A stretch of DNA of 64,000 nucleotides from assembly GCA_951406725.2 (NCBI GenBank), contig OX597841.1:744001-808000 (forward strand). Reading direction: 5' to 3'. Below the pieces are notes generated by a model. That model saw only the letters and a list, made by a program, of their open reading frames with translations. It was not told the origin of the DNA and searched no databases. The stretch is from Octopus vulgaris (taxonomy: Eukaryota). Positions 1 to 12,015 of the stretch are shown here, piece after piece; within the stretch, counting starts at the first letter, position 1, and each line of letters starts with the position of its first letter. A program made the position numbers and the translations under genes.

Positions 1-812
1 TTTATAAATAAAGAAATAAATTGTTGACCTCAGTTCGAATTTTGCACTAAACAAGCTTAGATTTTTCTGTTAGTATCAACTTGTGCCCATCCCCTTAGCC
101 TCCCCTTTCCTTTCTCTTTGATAGCTTAAATAGCAGTAACTGATTAAATTTCTACTTCCTTCCTCCTCTTTCTGTGATTCTTGTAAAATTCATTAACAAC
201 CTGAACCGCTACAATATAAGACTGTCATTTTGCTTCTCATTCGGATTCCCTGATATTTTTCGCATGATTGTACCCTAAATCTCTTCACAAAACTGGATTA
301 TGAACTATACGAACATACACACATATTTTGTAAGTTCAAGACTTTTCATCGGATCTCCAAAAATCGAACTTATCTGCGATTCTTGTAAATTTCAATAACA
401 ATGTGTTCCTCTTCTCGATATGACAGTCACTTTGCTTTTACTCAGACTTTCCTCTACATGATATGGCAGTCACTTTGCCTCTTACTCGGATTTTCAGAAA
501 TTTTGCATGACTGTATCCGAAAATTTCTTCACACAACTTGATTAAATATTCAATATGAGCTATATGTAGACATGCACAAATTCTGTAAGTTTAAAACCTT
601 TCATCGGATCTCCATGAATCGAACTTTCTTCAATGCAGCTAATCTTACAACCTCTTTTGTATCTACCCCTTTTGATGTTTGGGAATTCTCTGATGTTTTT
701 TCGGCTGACGAGTACGAGCCATCTGTATTCACTGCATTTTTTGTAGCTTATTAAAGATGTCCTCGTACGAAACGATCGTACCGAGATTTTAATCCATTCT
801 TGTTGCTTTTTT

Positions 813-882
<70 letters not shown>

Positions 883-889
883 AGCTTTC

Positions 890-3720
890 TTTGTAGAACT
901 TGCATTAACGAATCTATACATTTTAATCCCAGTTCAGGGGCCATGAGATGTGTGTGTGCGAGTGTGCGCGTATGAGTGTGAATCTGCAATTGTTACCTTT
1001 GTAATTAAGATTCACTGAAGCAAAAATCACTTGCGTGTTTATTTGTCAAGAAATATTGATATTTTTTAAAGTCAACAATGAGTGATTGAAACTGTGTTTG
1101 ATGCAGATATATGAACGTGCACTGATCGCCTTATCAGCGTGACGGATTTGATTGCATTTCTCCATTGGAAATCTTTGGCCTGGCGAGGTCACCAGTTCAG
1201 CCATTGTATCCCCTACACAAGCACCATCACCAGCAACTATTACTAGAATGTCAGAATCAGAAACACAACAGCAACAGCATTATCAACATCGGACCGACTT
1301 CTATAACTACACTTGCATAATCTCTCTACGTTTGGTGAAACGCTTGACTCTACTCAAGGAGTCTTCTTCTTCATAGAAATAGAAGAAGACGTATTCAAAA
1401 GCTTCGTGTATTTTCTTTTTCTTCCGGGGAGAAACACTAGCACATTAGTAAGCAAGTTTGATCTTAGAGGATGGTATAAATGCACAGGCTCTGCTCTTTG
1501 GTCATTTCTGACACACCTGACTGCGGGTAATACTGATTAGGGGACGTCAGACCGAGAGCAGTCATTTATGAAGATTCCTGAATCCGATAAGGAAAATATT
1601 GATAGAAGACTGTTGTTAACGTCCATCCAATCCAGCTGACCACCACTGGTGATCCACACAAGTCACGTTTTACCTGTTAATAAAGAATCCATATAAATAT
1701 GATCAGAAGAAAATTGTGACCTTAATGAACTGTCCTGATATCAACCGTTCACATAACGAACTCAGTGAAAGTGGGTTTTTTTCTATATCGCGTGGTATTT
1801 CATGTCAACGACTGTGTGTAATGATTAGAATGTGTAATGATTAAGATGAGGTTGTGTGAGCGTCTGTGTTTGTGTATGTGTGTTTAAGTATGTGTGTTTG
1901 TGTGTGTGTGCGTGTTAAGTTTACTATGCGTGCATTGTGAAGGGGACGCGAATTTGTGCTGTTTATATGAAGTCTATTTTATAAGGTCTAGCTGCCATGT
2001 AGAGGTCTCCTTCTGGATGATACATACTGCCATATTTGATTGCATAACAGATGAACATGCAGTTCCAAGTGGACAATTCACATTTTGTTTCAAGCCGAAA
2101 TTCAAGAGAAACGTCCAGAATTGACCAACAGGAAGGGTGTTGTTTTCCAACATGATAATGAAAGACTGCACTTTCCTTTGAGAACCAGACAAAAATTGCT
2201 GCAGCTCGGCTGGGATGTGTTACCCTCCCTCTATATTCACCAGATATTGCTCCTTCGGATTTCCACTAATTCAGGTCTCTGCAGAATAGTCTTAATGGTA
2301 AAAATTTCAATTCCTTGGATGACGTAAAAAGATACCTTGATGATTTCTTTGCCACGAAACCACCTCAATTCTGGGGAAAAGGGTATTTTCAAGTTAAAGG
2401 AAAGATGGAGACGCATTGTGCAACAAAATGGTTCGTATTTGGTTGATTAAAATGTATTTATTGACCATTTTCTTTCCTTTAAAAATCAGCACGAACTTTC
2501 CGGACAACCCAATAGATTGATAAGTACCAACGCACAAAACTCTCGGATCTTGAGTAAACATTTATAAAAATATACTTATTCATATTTTGAGTTTTATAAT
2601 TCCTGTTACCGGCAGTTGTACCTATATACACTTATATATCGTTGTAATTTAGAACCTGCGTTAAAGCAGCTATAGATTTTAACTCAAGTCCAAGGGCCAT
2701 GAATCGTTATATGTGTTTGTGTGCATGCGTGCGTATCTCTGCAGGTGTTATATTTGTAGTTAGGAAGCAACGAAGTAAAAATTTTTGCGTCGGTTATTTG
2801 TCATGAAAAGAAGATATCAATGATTAAAATTGATTGTGTTCCGTGCAGAAGTATGAACAAGTCCCCGTTGTCCCAGCTACGTTGACGGATTTCAAAGCAT
2901 TTCTTCGTTGGAAATCTGCATAGTAACGTTCGCTGTTCATCTTGTATATCTCATAAACACATCACCCCATCAACGGATGCTAGCACTATTATGTCACCAT
3001 CATATACACCATAGCAACGACATCCTCACCATCGCAACTACTTCAATAACTACTCAGCTGTATTTTTCTATGTGTAGTGTAGTACATGAATCTATTCAAG
3101 GATATCTTTTCTTCATAGCAATAAGAGAAGACGTATTCAAAAGTCTGGTGTATTTTCACTTCTGTGGAGAAATACAGACACATTAGTAAACAAGCTTGAC
3201 CTCAGTAGATGCACTAACAGCAGTGGACAGTCTGTGAGTTTTGGTCATTTATGGACACACTTGAGTTTGTAAGTAATACTGATCAGAGAACGTCGGACAG
3301 AGGGCAGTGACCAGTACTGGCATATATGAAGGGACCTGACATCTGTAGACTCTACTTTGGGGAACAGAAGAAAATATTGTGAACAGAAGACAGGCGAGAG
3401 ATCAGAGGAAAATTGTGACATTAACGAGCAGTCCTGATATCAACCGTTCACATAACAAACTACTGTAGAGAGTCTGCCTTCATCTTCAGTGAATGTAAGT
3501 GTCATCTTTTATATCGCATGGTATTTCGTGGTATTTCATGTGTACGACTATGTCTAATGAATAGAGTCCGTAAGGATTGAGATCAGGTTGTGTGAGTGTG
3601 TGTATTTGTGTATTTTTTTAAGGTCTAGCTACCATGTAGAGTTCTCCCTTATTGGCTGATTCATAATGCCATATTTGATGGCATAACAGATGCACATGCA
3701 TATTACCTGCATCGCATTTG
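890..3720 (+). repeat. Old tandem duplication (890-2060 vs 2650-3720) containing an exon-like ~650-bp segment; third copy at ~44680-45320
   Basis: Shared blocks such as AGAAGACGTATTCAAAAG..GTGTATTTTC, ACATTAGTAA and GTCCTGATATCAACCGTTCACATAAC. Confidence 0.75.
2061..2514 (+). mobile_element. Mariner transposase 3' fragment with right TIR
   Basis: KRPELTNRKGVVFQHDN..., YSPDIAPSDFH, ERWRRIVQQNGSY. Terminal ...CACGAACTTTCCGGACAACCCAATA. Confidence 0.88.
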
Positions 3721-3787
3721 CAGCAGCGAATATTCAGTATTAAAAAAATGTGAATTAACATTTAAATCTCAGACCTCATAAATGAAT

Positions 3788-4206
3788 ACTTTACTCTCTT
3801 TTACTCTTTTACTTGTTTCAGTCATTTGAATGTGGCCATGCTGGAGCACCGCCTTTAGTCGAGCAAATCGAGACAAGGGCTTATTCTTTGTAAGCCTAGT
3901 ACTTATTCTACTGGTATGTTTGGCCGAACCACTAAATTACGGGGACGTAAACACACCAGCATCGGTTGTCAAGCGATGTTGTGGGGACAAACACAGACAC
4001 ACAAACACCCACACACACATATATATATATACATATACATATATACGACGGGCTTCTTTTCAGTTTCCATCTACCGAATCCACTCACAAGGCGTTGGTCG
4101 GCCCGAGGCTATAGTAGAAGACACTTGCCCAAGGTGCGACGCAGTGGGACTGAACCCAGAACCATGTGGTTAGTAAGCAAGCTTCTTTCCACACAGCCAC
4201 TCCTGC
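3788..4206 (-). mobile_element. tRNA-derived SINE, family 1 (full length, internal CA/TA microsatellite)
   Basis: Head GCAGGAGTGGCTGTGTGG...GGTTCAGTCCCAC (A/B box-like) and (AGAGTAA)n-like tail. Multiple copies in the window. Confidence 0.8.
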
Positions 4207-4354
4207 TTCAAATATTTTACCCGGATCCAGGCACCATTAATTGAAGCCCAAGCGGTTATTCCGTGAAACTCACGGAATAAGTGTAAGCTTAACGATGAAA
4301 AAGAAAATGAAATTATTCAGCGATAAAGATGTTTTTCATTAGATGAGGCGGATG

Positions 4355-4394
<40 letters not shown>

Positions 4395-4608
4395 TAATAA
4401 TAATAATGGTATTTCGTGGTATTTCGTGTGTACGACTATGTGTAATGAATAGAGTCCGTAAGGATTAAGATCAGGTTGTGTGAGTGTGTGTATTTGTGTA
4501 TTTTTTTAAGGTCTAGCTACCATGTAGAGTTCTCCCTTATTGGCTGATTCATACTGCCATATTTGATGGCATAACAGATGCACATGCATATTACCTGCAT
4601 CGCATTTG

Positions 4609-4678
4609 CAGCACATACCCAAGGCACACAAACCTGCGCTCGGTAGTGAAGTGAAAGCACGCTATAAAAATAAAACTA

Positions 4679-4681
<3 letters not shown>
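4609..4681 (+). mobile_element. ~70-bp 3' terminus of the third R4/Dong family followed by (AAT)n
   Basis: Near-identical to 39965-40036. Confidence 0.8.
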
Positions 4682-4715
<34 letters not shown>

Positions 4716-4733
4716 TTAATATTAATAATAATA

Positions 4734-4782
<49 letters not shown>

Positions 4783-5616
4783 GATGATGATGATGAGGTC
4801 GAGGAGGAGGAGGAGGAGAAGAAAGTATTACTTCAAATAACGCTGAATAACTTAATCCACGTTTTTTTTTCTGCATTTGTACATTCGTTTGACAACAACG
4901 CAGGAATCTCGAATGAATTTAAGCTCCCACCAGATTGGCTGAGGAAAGTGAATATTTTACAGCACTTTTGGTTGAGATTGTAAATTTTATTGTGCAGAAA
5001 GACTGGCAATTATAACAGTTTTTTTTTTTTAATTATCTAAAGTGAAAACTAATATAATAATACCCTTAATCGATAACTTTCGATGTTTTTGCCCAATTCG
5101 CACACATATTCATGCAGCTCTTTCTCGATGTATGGTTAATGCATGTAATTTAAGCAGGACTTCGTTTATCGGCCCCGAAGCAATACTTGAAACATTTTCG
5201 CGGGTATTATATGCATCTTATATGCCATAAAATAGGCTATTTACTTACAGAACGTTACGCTTTCGGTTTCACCCTTATAATTCATGAATCAATACCCTGT
5301 TAAGTCGGTAGTCGAGTCTAAATAGTCATAATTAATCGTAAACTGTGTGTCCAGCTTTCTTAGCCAAATCTTTGTATTGTCGTAACAGTAATGGCTAAGC
5401 TGACTGTCCATGTTACAGATCTGTGAACTCTATGCTCTCACCCACACACCACCAAATATAGAAAGAGGATACTCAAACTGACGGGTGTATAAGAGTTGCT
5501 CTTCAAAATACACTCTTCTCCAACTGGATGAGTAAATGCGACTTACCTAAGTCCACGTTGCAATTCCTGGATGATCCAATCGGATGATTCTCTCAGATAG
5601 AAACGCCTGGGCAGAA

Positions 5617-5875
5617 AGGCGGCGAGCTGGCAGAAACGTTAGCACGCCGGGCGAAATGCTAAGCGGTATTTCGTCTGCCGCTACATTCTGAGTTCAAATT
5701 CCGCCGACGTCGACTTTGCCTGTCATCCTTTCGGGGTCGATTAAATAAGTACCAGTTACGCACTGGGGTCGATATAACCTACTTAATCCGTTTATCTGTC
5801 CTTGTTTGTCCTCTCTCTGTTTAGCCCCTTGTGGGTAGTAAAGAAATAGAAATAGGTATTTCGTCTGTCTTTATG
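5617..5875 (+). mobile_element. tRNA-derived SINE, family 2
   Basis: GGCGGCGAGCTGGCAGAAACGTTAGC...GAGTTCAAATTCCGCC (B box). Copies at 47420-47600 (-) and 57085-57535. Confidence 0.78.
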
Positions 5876-6679
5876 TTCACGCACACACACAATTTACGGC
5901 CTCCACAAACTATTCGTAAACCAAATTATCTCTCAAGGCATTGGTCGATCTGCAGCTGTTTTAGAAGATGCTTACCCATTGTACCATGCAGTGGGACTGA
6001 AACCGAACCACTTGCTTGCAGTCCACGTTTTGTAACCGTAATCCAAATCTTTTAACCTTTGTCTATCATGCTTCTCCTCTCTCCGTCCTTGATTGCTCTA
6101 AAGGAACAGAACGGAACGTTACCATTTACTATCAGCGTCGTTGCAAGATTTGATCCCGAAAACTTTCCCGTGGTTGAATATTGTTGCAAAGAAACGGGGT
6201 TTCCATCCCTTAATTGTACATCCCCCTCCACCCACCGGGCTAATGACCTTCACCTGCCAAACTGACTTGTCAATTAACCCATAGTTGCAACTCTGACACT
6301 TTTTACTGTTCCAAGTCAGAATAGACGTGGAAGCACCAGTAGCTAAGAGGTGTTTCCACACTCCTCAAAACGTTGGAAAACCCCAAAGAGGCCCCACTAC
6401 TTGATGCCGTTTAAATCATAACCAGGAGCTGCGCCTTTGTTAATAACAATAATGTATCTTCAAAGTTTCATTTTAAATCGTAATTAATTTCTTTTACGTG
6501 TTCTGTTTCAGATATCTTCAATCCCACACAAACTTATTTTTGTCCCGCTTGAAGGGTTTCTTTCTGTTACTCTCTTACACTTTTCTACACTCTCTTACTC
6601 GTTCTCTTTCTAAATATTAAATTTTACCTTGTCCTTTCTTTCTCCCTTCTTTCTCTCTCTGGCAATCATAGAGCCAAGA

Positions 6680-7013
6680 ATGTCCCTGTTTCCTTTTACC
6701 CGTCCTGCGGCAATGGAAGTGCTGCTGTTAGCTCTTACAACAATCCTGGCTGTTACCTCAGATCAAGAATTTGATGAAACTTTCTACAAACGTTTGGAAA
6801 CTGGTTATTCCTATGGTTATATTGGGACACCTCCAACACAACAACAATTCCCCACCGCACGAAGTCGACTGGAATGTGCCTTCTATGCTCTAAACAGCCA
6901 ATCAGAATTCTTTACTTACAACAAAGTCAGCCGTGTTTGTAAGAATTACTCACCGAAAAATATAATGACAGTCGTCAGCACAAGTGACACCAACGAGATT
7001 TCCTTCTATAGAT
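6680..7013 (+). CDS. Gene A coding exon 1: signal peptide plus PAN/Apple-like module of an uncharacterised secreted protein (292 aa spliced)
   Basis: ATG at 6680. Translation MSLFPFTRPAAMEVLLLALTTILAVTS|DQEF...LECAFYALNSQSEFFTYNKVSRVCKNY. Donor GTAAGT at 7014 (phase 1). Paralogous exons at 47736 and 40405 share the same donor position. Confidence 0.85.
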
Positions 7014-7117
7014 GTAAGTGAAGCATTCTTCTTTTCTTCTTCTTCTTCTTCTTTCTTCTTCTTCTTCTTCTTCTTCTTCTTCTTCTTCTTCTTCTTCTTC
7101 TTCTTCTTCTTCTTCTT

Positions 7118-7216
<99 letters not shown>

Positions 7217-7746
7217 GAGTGAGAGAGCAGTTCATGCCATCAAAGTGACACTGGGGTAAAATATACGAAGCCCAATATACCCATCATGACTACCTGTCTG
7301 ATAAGGGTACACCAGGCACATGCATCACAACCATATGCGCGCGACATGGTGATATCATATCAAGATAAACAGCGCATGACCTTGCAGGTGGGGCCCAGTT
7401 AGAATTTTCTTCAGGTTGGGTAGCCCATCCCGCTCAAAAGGTCCCTGAATAAGGGTTGTTTAAGGATGTTGAAAGAACCACCCATGTTTCCAGAGGTGAA
7501 TTATTCAAACCCCAAAGAATCCCTCTCAACACATGGCTATGATGCTCCCCAACTACTTCTGCTCGTGATCAGAGATGCACATATCGTCAGCCACTAAGGG
7601 ACATGCTCAACTGGTTAAGGTTAAACAACTGACAAGCAAGTCTGTAGTATTGAGCAGAATATTTGCTGTAGCCCATCTTTTATACCAAGACAAAACAATG
7701 TACATGATAACACTTCCAATCAGTTAAGATCAGAAGCCATGAGAGC
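7217..7746 (-). mobile_element. ~530-bp non-coding element inserted in (TAA)n (non-autonomous element or 3' UTR of a Dong-like family)
   Basis: (TTA)n on both sides. High-identity inverted copy at 33937-34490. Confidence 0.7.
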
Positions 7747-7807
<61 letters not shown>

Positions 7808-7893
7808 TGCTGTTGTTGTTGTAGTTGTTGCTGTTGTTGTTGTTGTTATTATTATTATTATTATCATTATTATTATTATTGTTGTCGTTGTTA

Positions 7894-7928
<35 letters not shown>

Positions 7929-7929
<1 letters not shown>

Positions 7930-10900
7930 TATGTTTGACTTTTGCTTTATATTTGTACAAGTTGGCTCCAAGTCTCACCCAGAGACCTCAAGAGACAACA
8001 GGGTTGGAAGTTCATGTTGTTGTTATGCCTAGTGTGCCATATATTTGGGGGGTGGGGATGTTGTACTAATGAATGTCTAAAAAAAAAAAAAAATTTTTTT
8101 TTTTTTTTTTTTTTTTTTAAACCGAAAATTATGTTTGTTTTAAACCTTGAGATTACATAGAGAGTATTTTGCGTAGGATATGAGCAGTTCCCATGAGCAC
8201 TATCTTTTGAACTTCTGCCATTTTTGGGTTTCCTGGTATCTGAGTTAGGTAGCTATCAGCCCCTTTTGCTATCATTACCAGGGCACCTATGACAACAGGT
8301 ATTGTTTTAGTCTTCAGCTTCCACATTTTGCTGATTTCTATTTCAAGATCTTTATATTTGCTCAGTTTTTAGTAGGTCTTGACAGATACGTTTATATCGA
8401 TTGGGACAGTCATATCAATGAGGAGGCATGTTCTTTGTTTGAAGTTTTTCAATATGATGTCTGGCCTATTTGCATCTATCTTCCTGTCAGTTTGAATGGT
8501 GAAGTTCCAGAGGAGTGAGATGTGGTCATTTTCAAGCACTGGGGGTGGTTTGTGTTCCCACCAGTTTTTTTCATGGGGCAAATCCAGGTTTTTACAGATT
8601 ACCCAGTGAATATATTGTGCAGCTCTATCGTGCCTGTTGAGATACTCTGTAGGCGCTAGAAGACTGCACTTGGAGACCACATGGTCAATGGTTTCATTTT
8701 GTTGCTTGCATACACGACACGTTGGACTGCTTCTGATCTTTAATATGTTGGCCTGGTAGTTTCTTGTTGGTAGGCATTGATCTTGAGCTGCTATGATAAA
8801 CCCCTCTGTTTCAGATTTTAAGCCAGAGGCCATTAGCCATTGATGGGTCAGGGCTTTGTCGATATCTGCATTATTCGCTCTCTTTGGGTATTTGCCATAG
8901 AGAGGTTTTTCTTGCCATTTATTATTCAGAATATCTAAGGCTGCAGTTTTGGCACGGGTTTTCATGCGCCTAGCTTTTTCTGTGCTTGTTTCTTGTATAT
9001 CTATCTCTAATTCCGAAATTGGTTGTATTCGGAGTTCACTTAGATATTCCTTTGCCTGTTTTGTGACTGAGTATGATGCTTTCTTGTTTTCATGTTTTGA
9101 GACAAGTTTTAGCATCCAGTCCTCAGAGTTTTTCAGGTAGGTGTCTAGGCCAATTGTAGCAATCTTCATTGTTATTGCCAGTTGCAAAAGACCACGGCCT
9201 CCCTCTTTTCTTGGCAGATATAGTCGTTCTGTATCTGCCTTAGGGTGGTGCATTCTATGCATTGTCAACAGTTTCCTTATTTTTCTGTCGAGCTGACATA
9301 TTTCAGTAATTGACCAGTTAACAATATTGAAACTGTAAGTCACGACTGGTATAGCTAATGCATTGATTGCTTCGATCCTGTTTCTTGCATTCAGCTCTGT
9401 CTTGAGTATTGCTCTCACTCTTCGATAGCATTCTCTCCTGATCCTTTCCTTCATCTCTGAATGCCTTATTCCGTTCCCTTCAATTATCCCTAGGTACTTG
9501 TAGCTCTCCGCTGGGTCTAGTTCTTTTATGACATTCTGTTGGTCAAGGTTAACGTTAGATGTTTCTGTCATTTTTCCTTTGATAAAGGTAGCCTTTGCAC
9601 ATTTATCGAGGCCGAATTGCATTCTGATGTCGTCACTGAATTGTTTGACTATCGCTAGTAAGCCCTTGAGTTGTTGATCATTTTTTGCAAAAAGCTTTAA
9701 ATCATCCATGTAAACGAGATGATTTATATTTTTATCAAACATTGTATACCCGTACTGCGCGTCATTGAGCAGCTTTGAGAGAGGTATTAAGGATAAACAA
9801 AAGAGGAGTGGTGACAGTGAGTCACCCTGGAAAATGCCACACGAAATTTTTACATCACCAGCATTTAGGGATTCACTGTCACTGTTCAGAGTTAGTGTGG
9901 TTCTCCATGATCTCATACTTACAGTCAAGAAGTTTCGCAGAGTTGGTGCTATCTTATACATTTCAAGGCATTTCCTAATCCAGCTATGTGGTAGGCTATC
10001 AAAATCCTTTTTATAGTCTATCCAGGCTATTGATAAGTTTTTGTGTCGTTTGTGACAATCTTCTAAGATCATCTTATTGATGAGTAGTTGGTCTTTACAG
10101 CCGTAGGATCCACGTTTACATCCTTTCTGTTCATTAGGGAATATGCTGCTGTCTGTTAAAAAACTATAGGTATATTCCGTCAGGACAGATGTTAGTGTTT
10201 TGTACATAGTTGTTAAGCAGGTTATGGGTCTATAGTTTTTTGGTTCATTTGTTTCTTCACTTTTTGGAAGCAGGAATGTTAACCCATTAACTAGCCAAGG
10301 AGGCATCCTACTAGGGTGTTGCAAAACATCATTGTACAGTTCTGTTAGCAGTTCATGGCTCTCTGGGAAGTCATTCAGCCAGAAGTTAGGAATTTTATCC
10401 TTTCCTGGAGACTTCCATTTGCTTGACCTCCTGAGAGCAGATCTTATATCTTCTACCTTGACACCCTCCCACTTTTGCTCTTCTAAGGGGTCCAGTTCTG
10501 TAGATATTCTGTCAATCCAGGGGGCCTTTTCGTTGTGTGTTTTTTCTTCTGCCCAGATTTTATTCCAAAATCTCTGCACTTCTTCTTTTGATGGTACAGA
10601 CCCTGCAGTAAACGCTGTATTTCCTATCTTCCTGTAAAAATTCTTGGTGTTATTTTTGAACATGTTGTTGTCCTTGAAAAATCTAACACGCTTTTCATAC
10701 CTCGCTATGCGGGCAGCTTTGGCAGATACCTTTTGTTTGATGGTTTCTATGGTGGCATCAATATCAAGTATAGTTTTCATATTGTATTTTTTCAGTAATT
10801 TTTGGGTTTTTGTAGGTTTGGTAATCTTGTGAGCCTTAAGGTTTTTCAAATATTCAATGTCAGATCTAAATATTTTAATTTGTTGTTGCAGACGCTCTTG

Positions 10901-12015
10901 CCAAGAAGGCTTTTTGTGGGACTGTTGCCGTTTTCTAATCTTTACACCACATAGGATCGTTGAGATTTTCGCGGATGCATAGTATAGGTGGTTGAGGTTT
11001 GTGATATCAACATCATTAACTGAAATTATATCCTTAAGTGCAAGCCGGATTTTACCAATTATTTTCATGTTTTGGTTAGAGTTGCGGATTTTAGGAAGTG
11101 TATCACGCTCATCCATGCTGGTTTCTTTAATTTTCAGCCATTCAATCATGATTTGATTTTTTAGCTCATGTAGTTCTGTTGGGTCAATATTTGTGTGACT
11201 TTCTTTATCTATTTGATGCTCATCTGTCTTAGTGTTTATGATTGGTTCAGGGCGTATTTCACTTTGCCTATCACTTATACTAACTCTTTCAATCCTCTCT
11301 TCGTTTTTATCCGCCCTGGGCTGGTCTATAATCATTTCCTCTGTATTATCTTCTCTAGCTGCAGCTTCGTTCATTTTATCCGATATTGCTTGTCTAACCT
11401 GATCAATCTCTACTTCAGTCAGTAATTTCTTTTTTATAATGTTTCTTCTAACATTGGCAAGCTTGTTACTGTCTATGTAGGGTCTTACTTCAGGGTGTTT
11501 CTGTCTCCAGTTTAAGTATGCTTGTACAGTGCTAGACTTATCTGTGGGGAAATATATGGCATGGTAGAAGGCCTCAAGAACTTCTTTATTATCTTCCCTA
11601 GACCATTTTTCTTTCTTTTTCTTTTGATTATTTGGTGATGAGCATGGATGGCCATCTGTTGGAATATTCCGGTTGTGGGGTTCGTCCAGCTCCTGTGTGT
11701 TGGGAAGATTTGATCCAGTAACTGATTTTTCAATCAGGATTTGGTTCAATTTTCGGGTACGTGGTCTTTTGTAATCCGCGCAATGACCAATGCGGTTTAT
11801 TGTTTGATTTGTTGACCTTGAAGCATGACGAGCATCCATTCTTATATTAGGAGATGGATCTGTCAGTTTAGGGTTCACTACATGTAAGCATTGCTCATAG
11901 CGCCGCTTCTTAAGACTAGCAGATCTATATTCGTCTGTATTTTTTTTGTTGATAGTTTTATCTCCGGACATTTTTTTTTTTTTTTTTCCCTTTCCTCCTC
12001 TTCCCTTCTTCAAGG
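7929..12015 (-). mobile_element. Near full-length R4/Dong-type (R2 superfamily, RLE) non-LTR retrotransposon in gene A intron 1
   Basis: Single long ORF with RT (QGDSLSP, YMDD), CCHC knuckle (CRVC..ETIDHVVSKC) and restriction-like endonuclease (RHD..., NRPDI..IDMTVP). The 3' end abuts (TAA)n. The 5' boundary is approximate. Confidence 0.9.
8153..11971 (-). pseudogene. RT-RLE polyprotein of the R4/Dong element with one premature stop
   Basis: ATG at 11971. A TAA at 8371-8369 interrupts VKTY*KLSKYKDLEIEI...ILRKILSM*. RT motif KKAFD reads KKDFD. Confidence 0.85.

Noticed and set aside
170-620. Two diverged ~200-240-bp direct repeats with possible minus-strand coding remnants (GDPMK..)
   Set aside because: Stops in all frames and no recognisable family. 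Not enough evidence to call.
5617-5710. tRNA genes (also 17195-17260, 28045-28110, 4130-4206)
   Set aside because: A/B-box heads continue into repeated SINE bodies and I cannot fold a convincing cloverleaf. Treated as SINEs.
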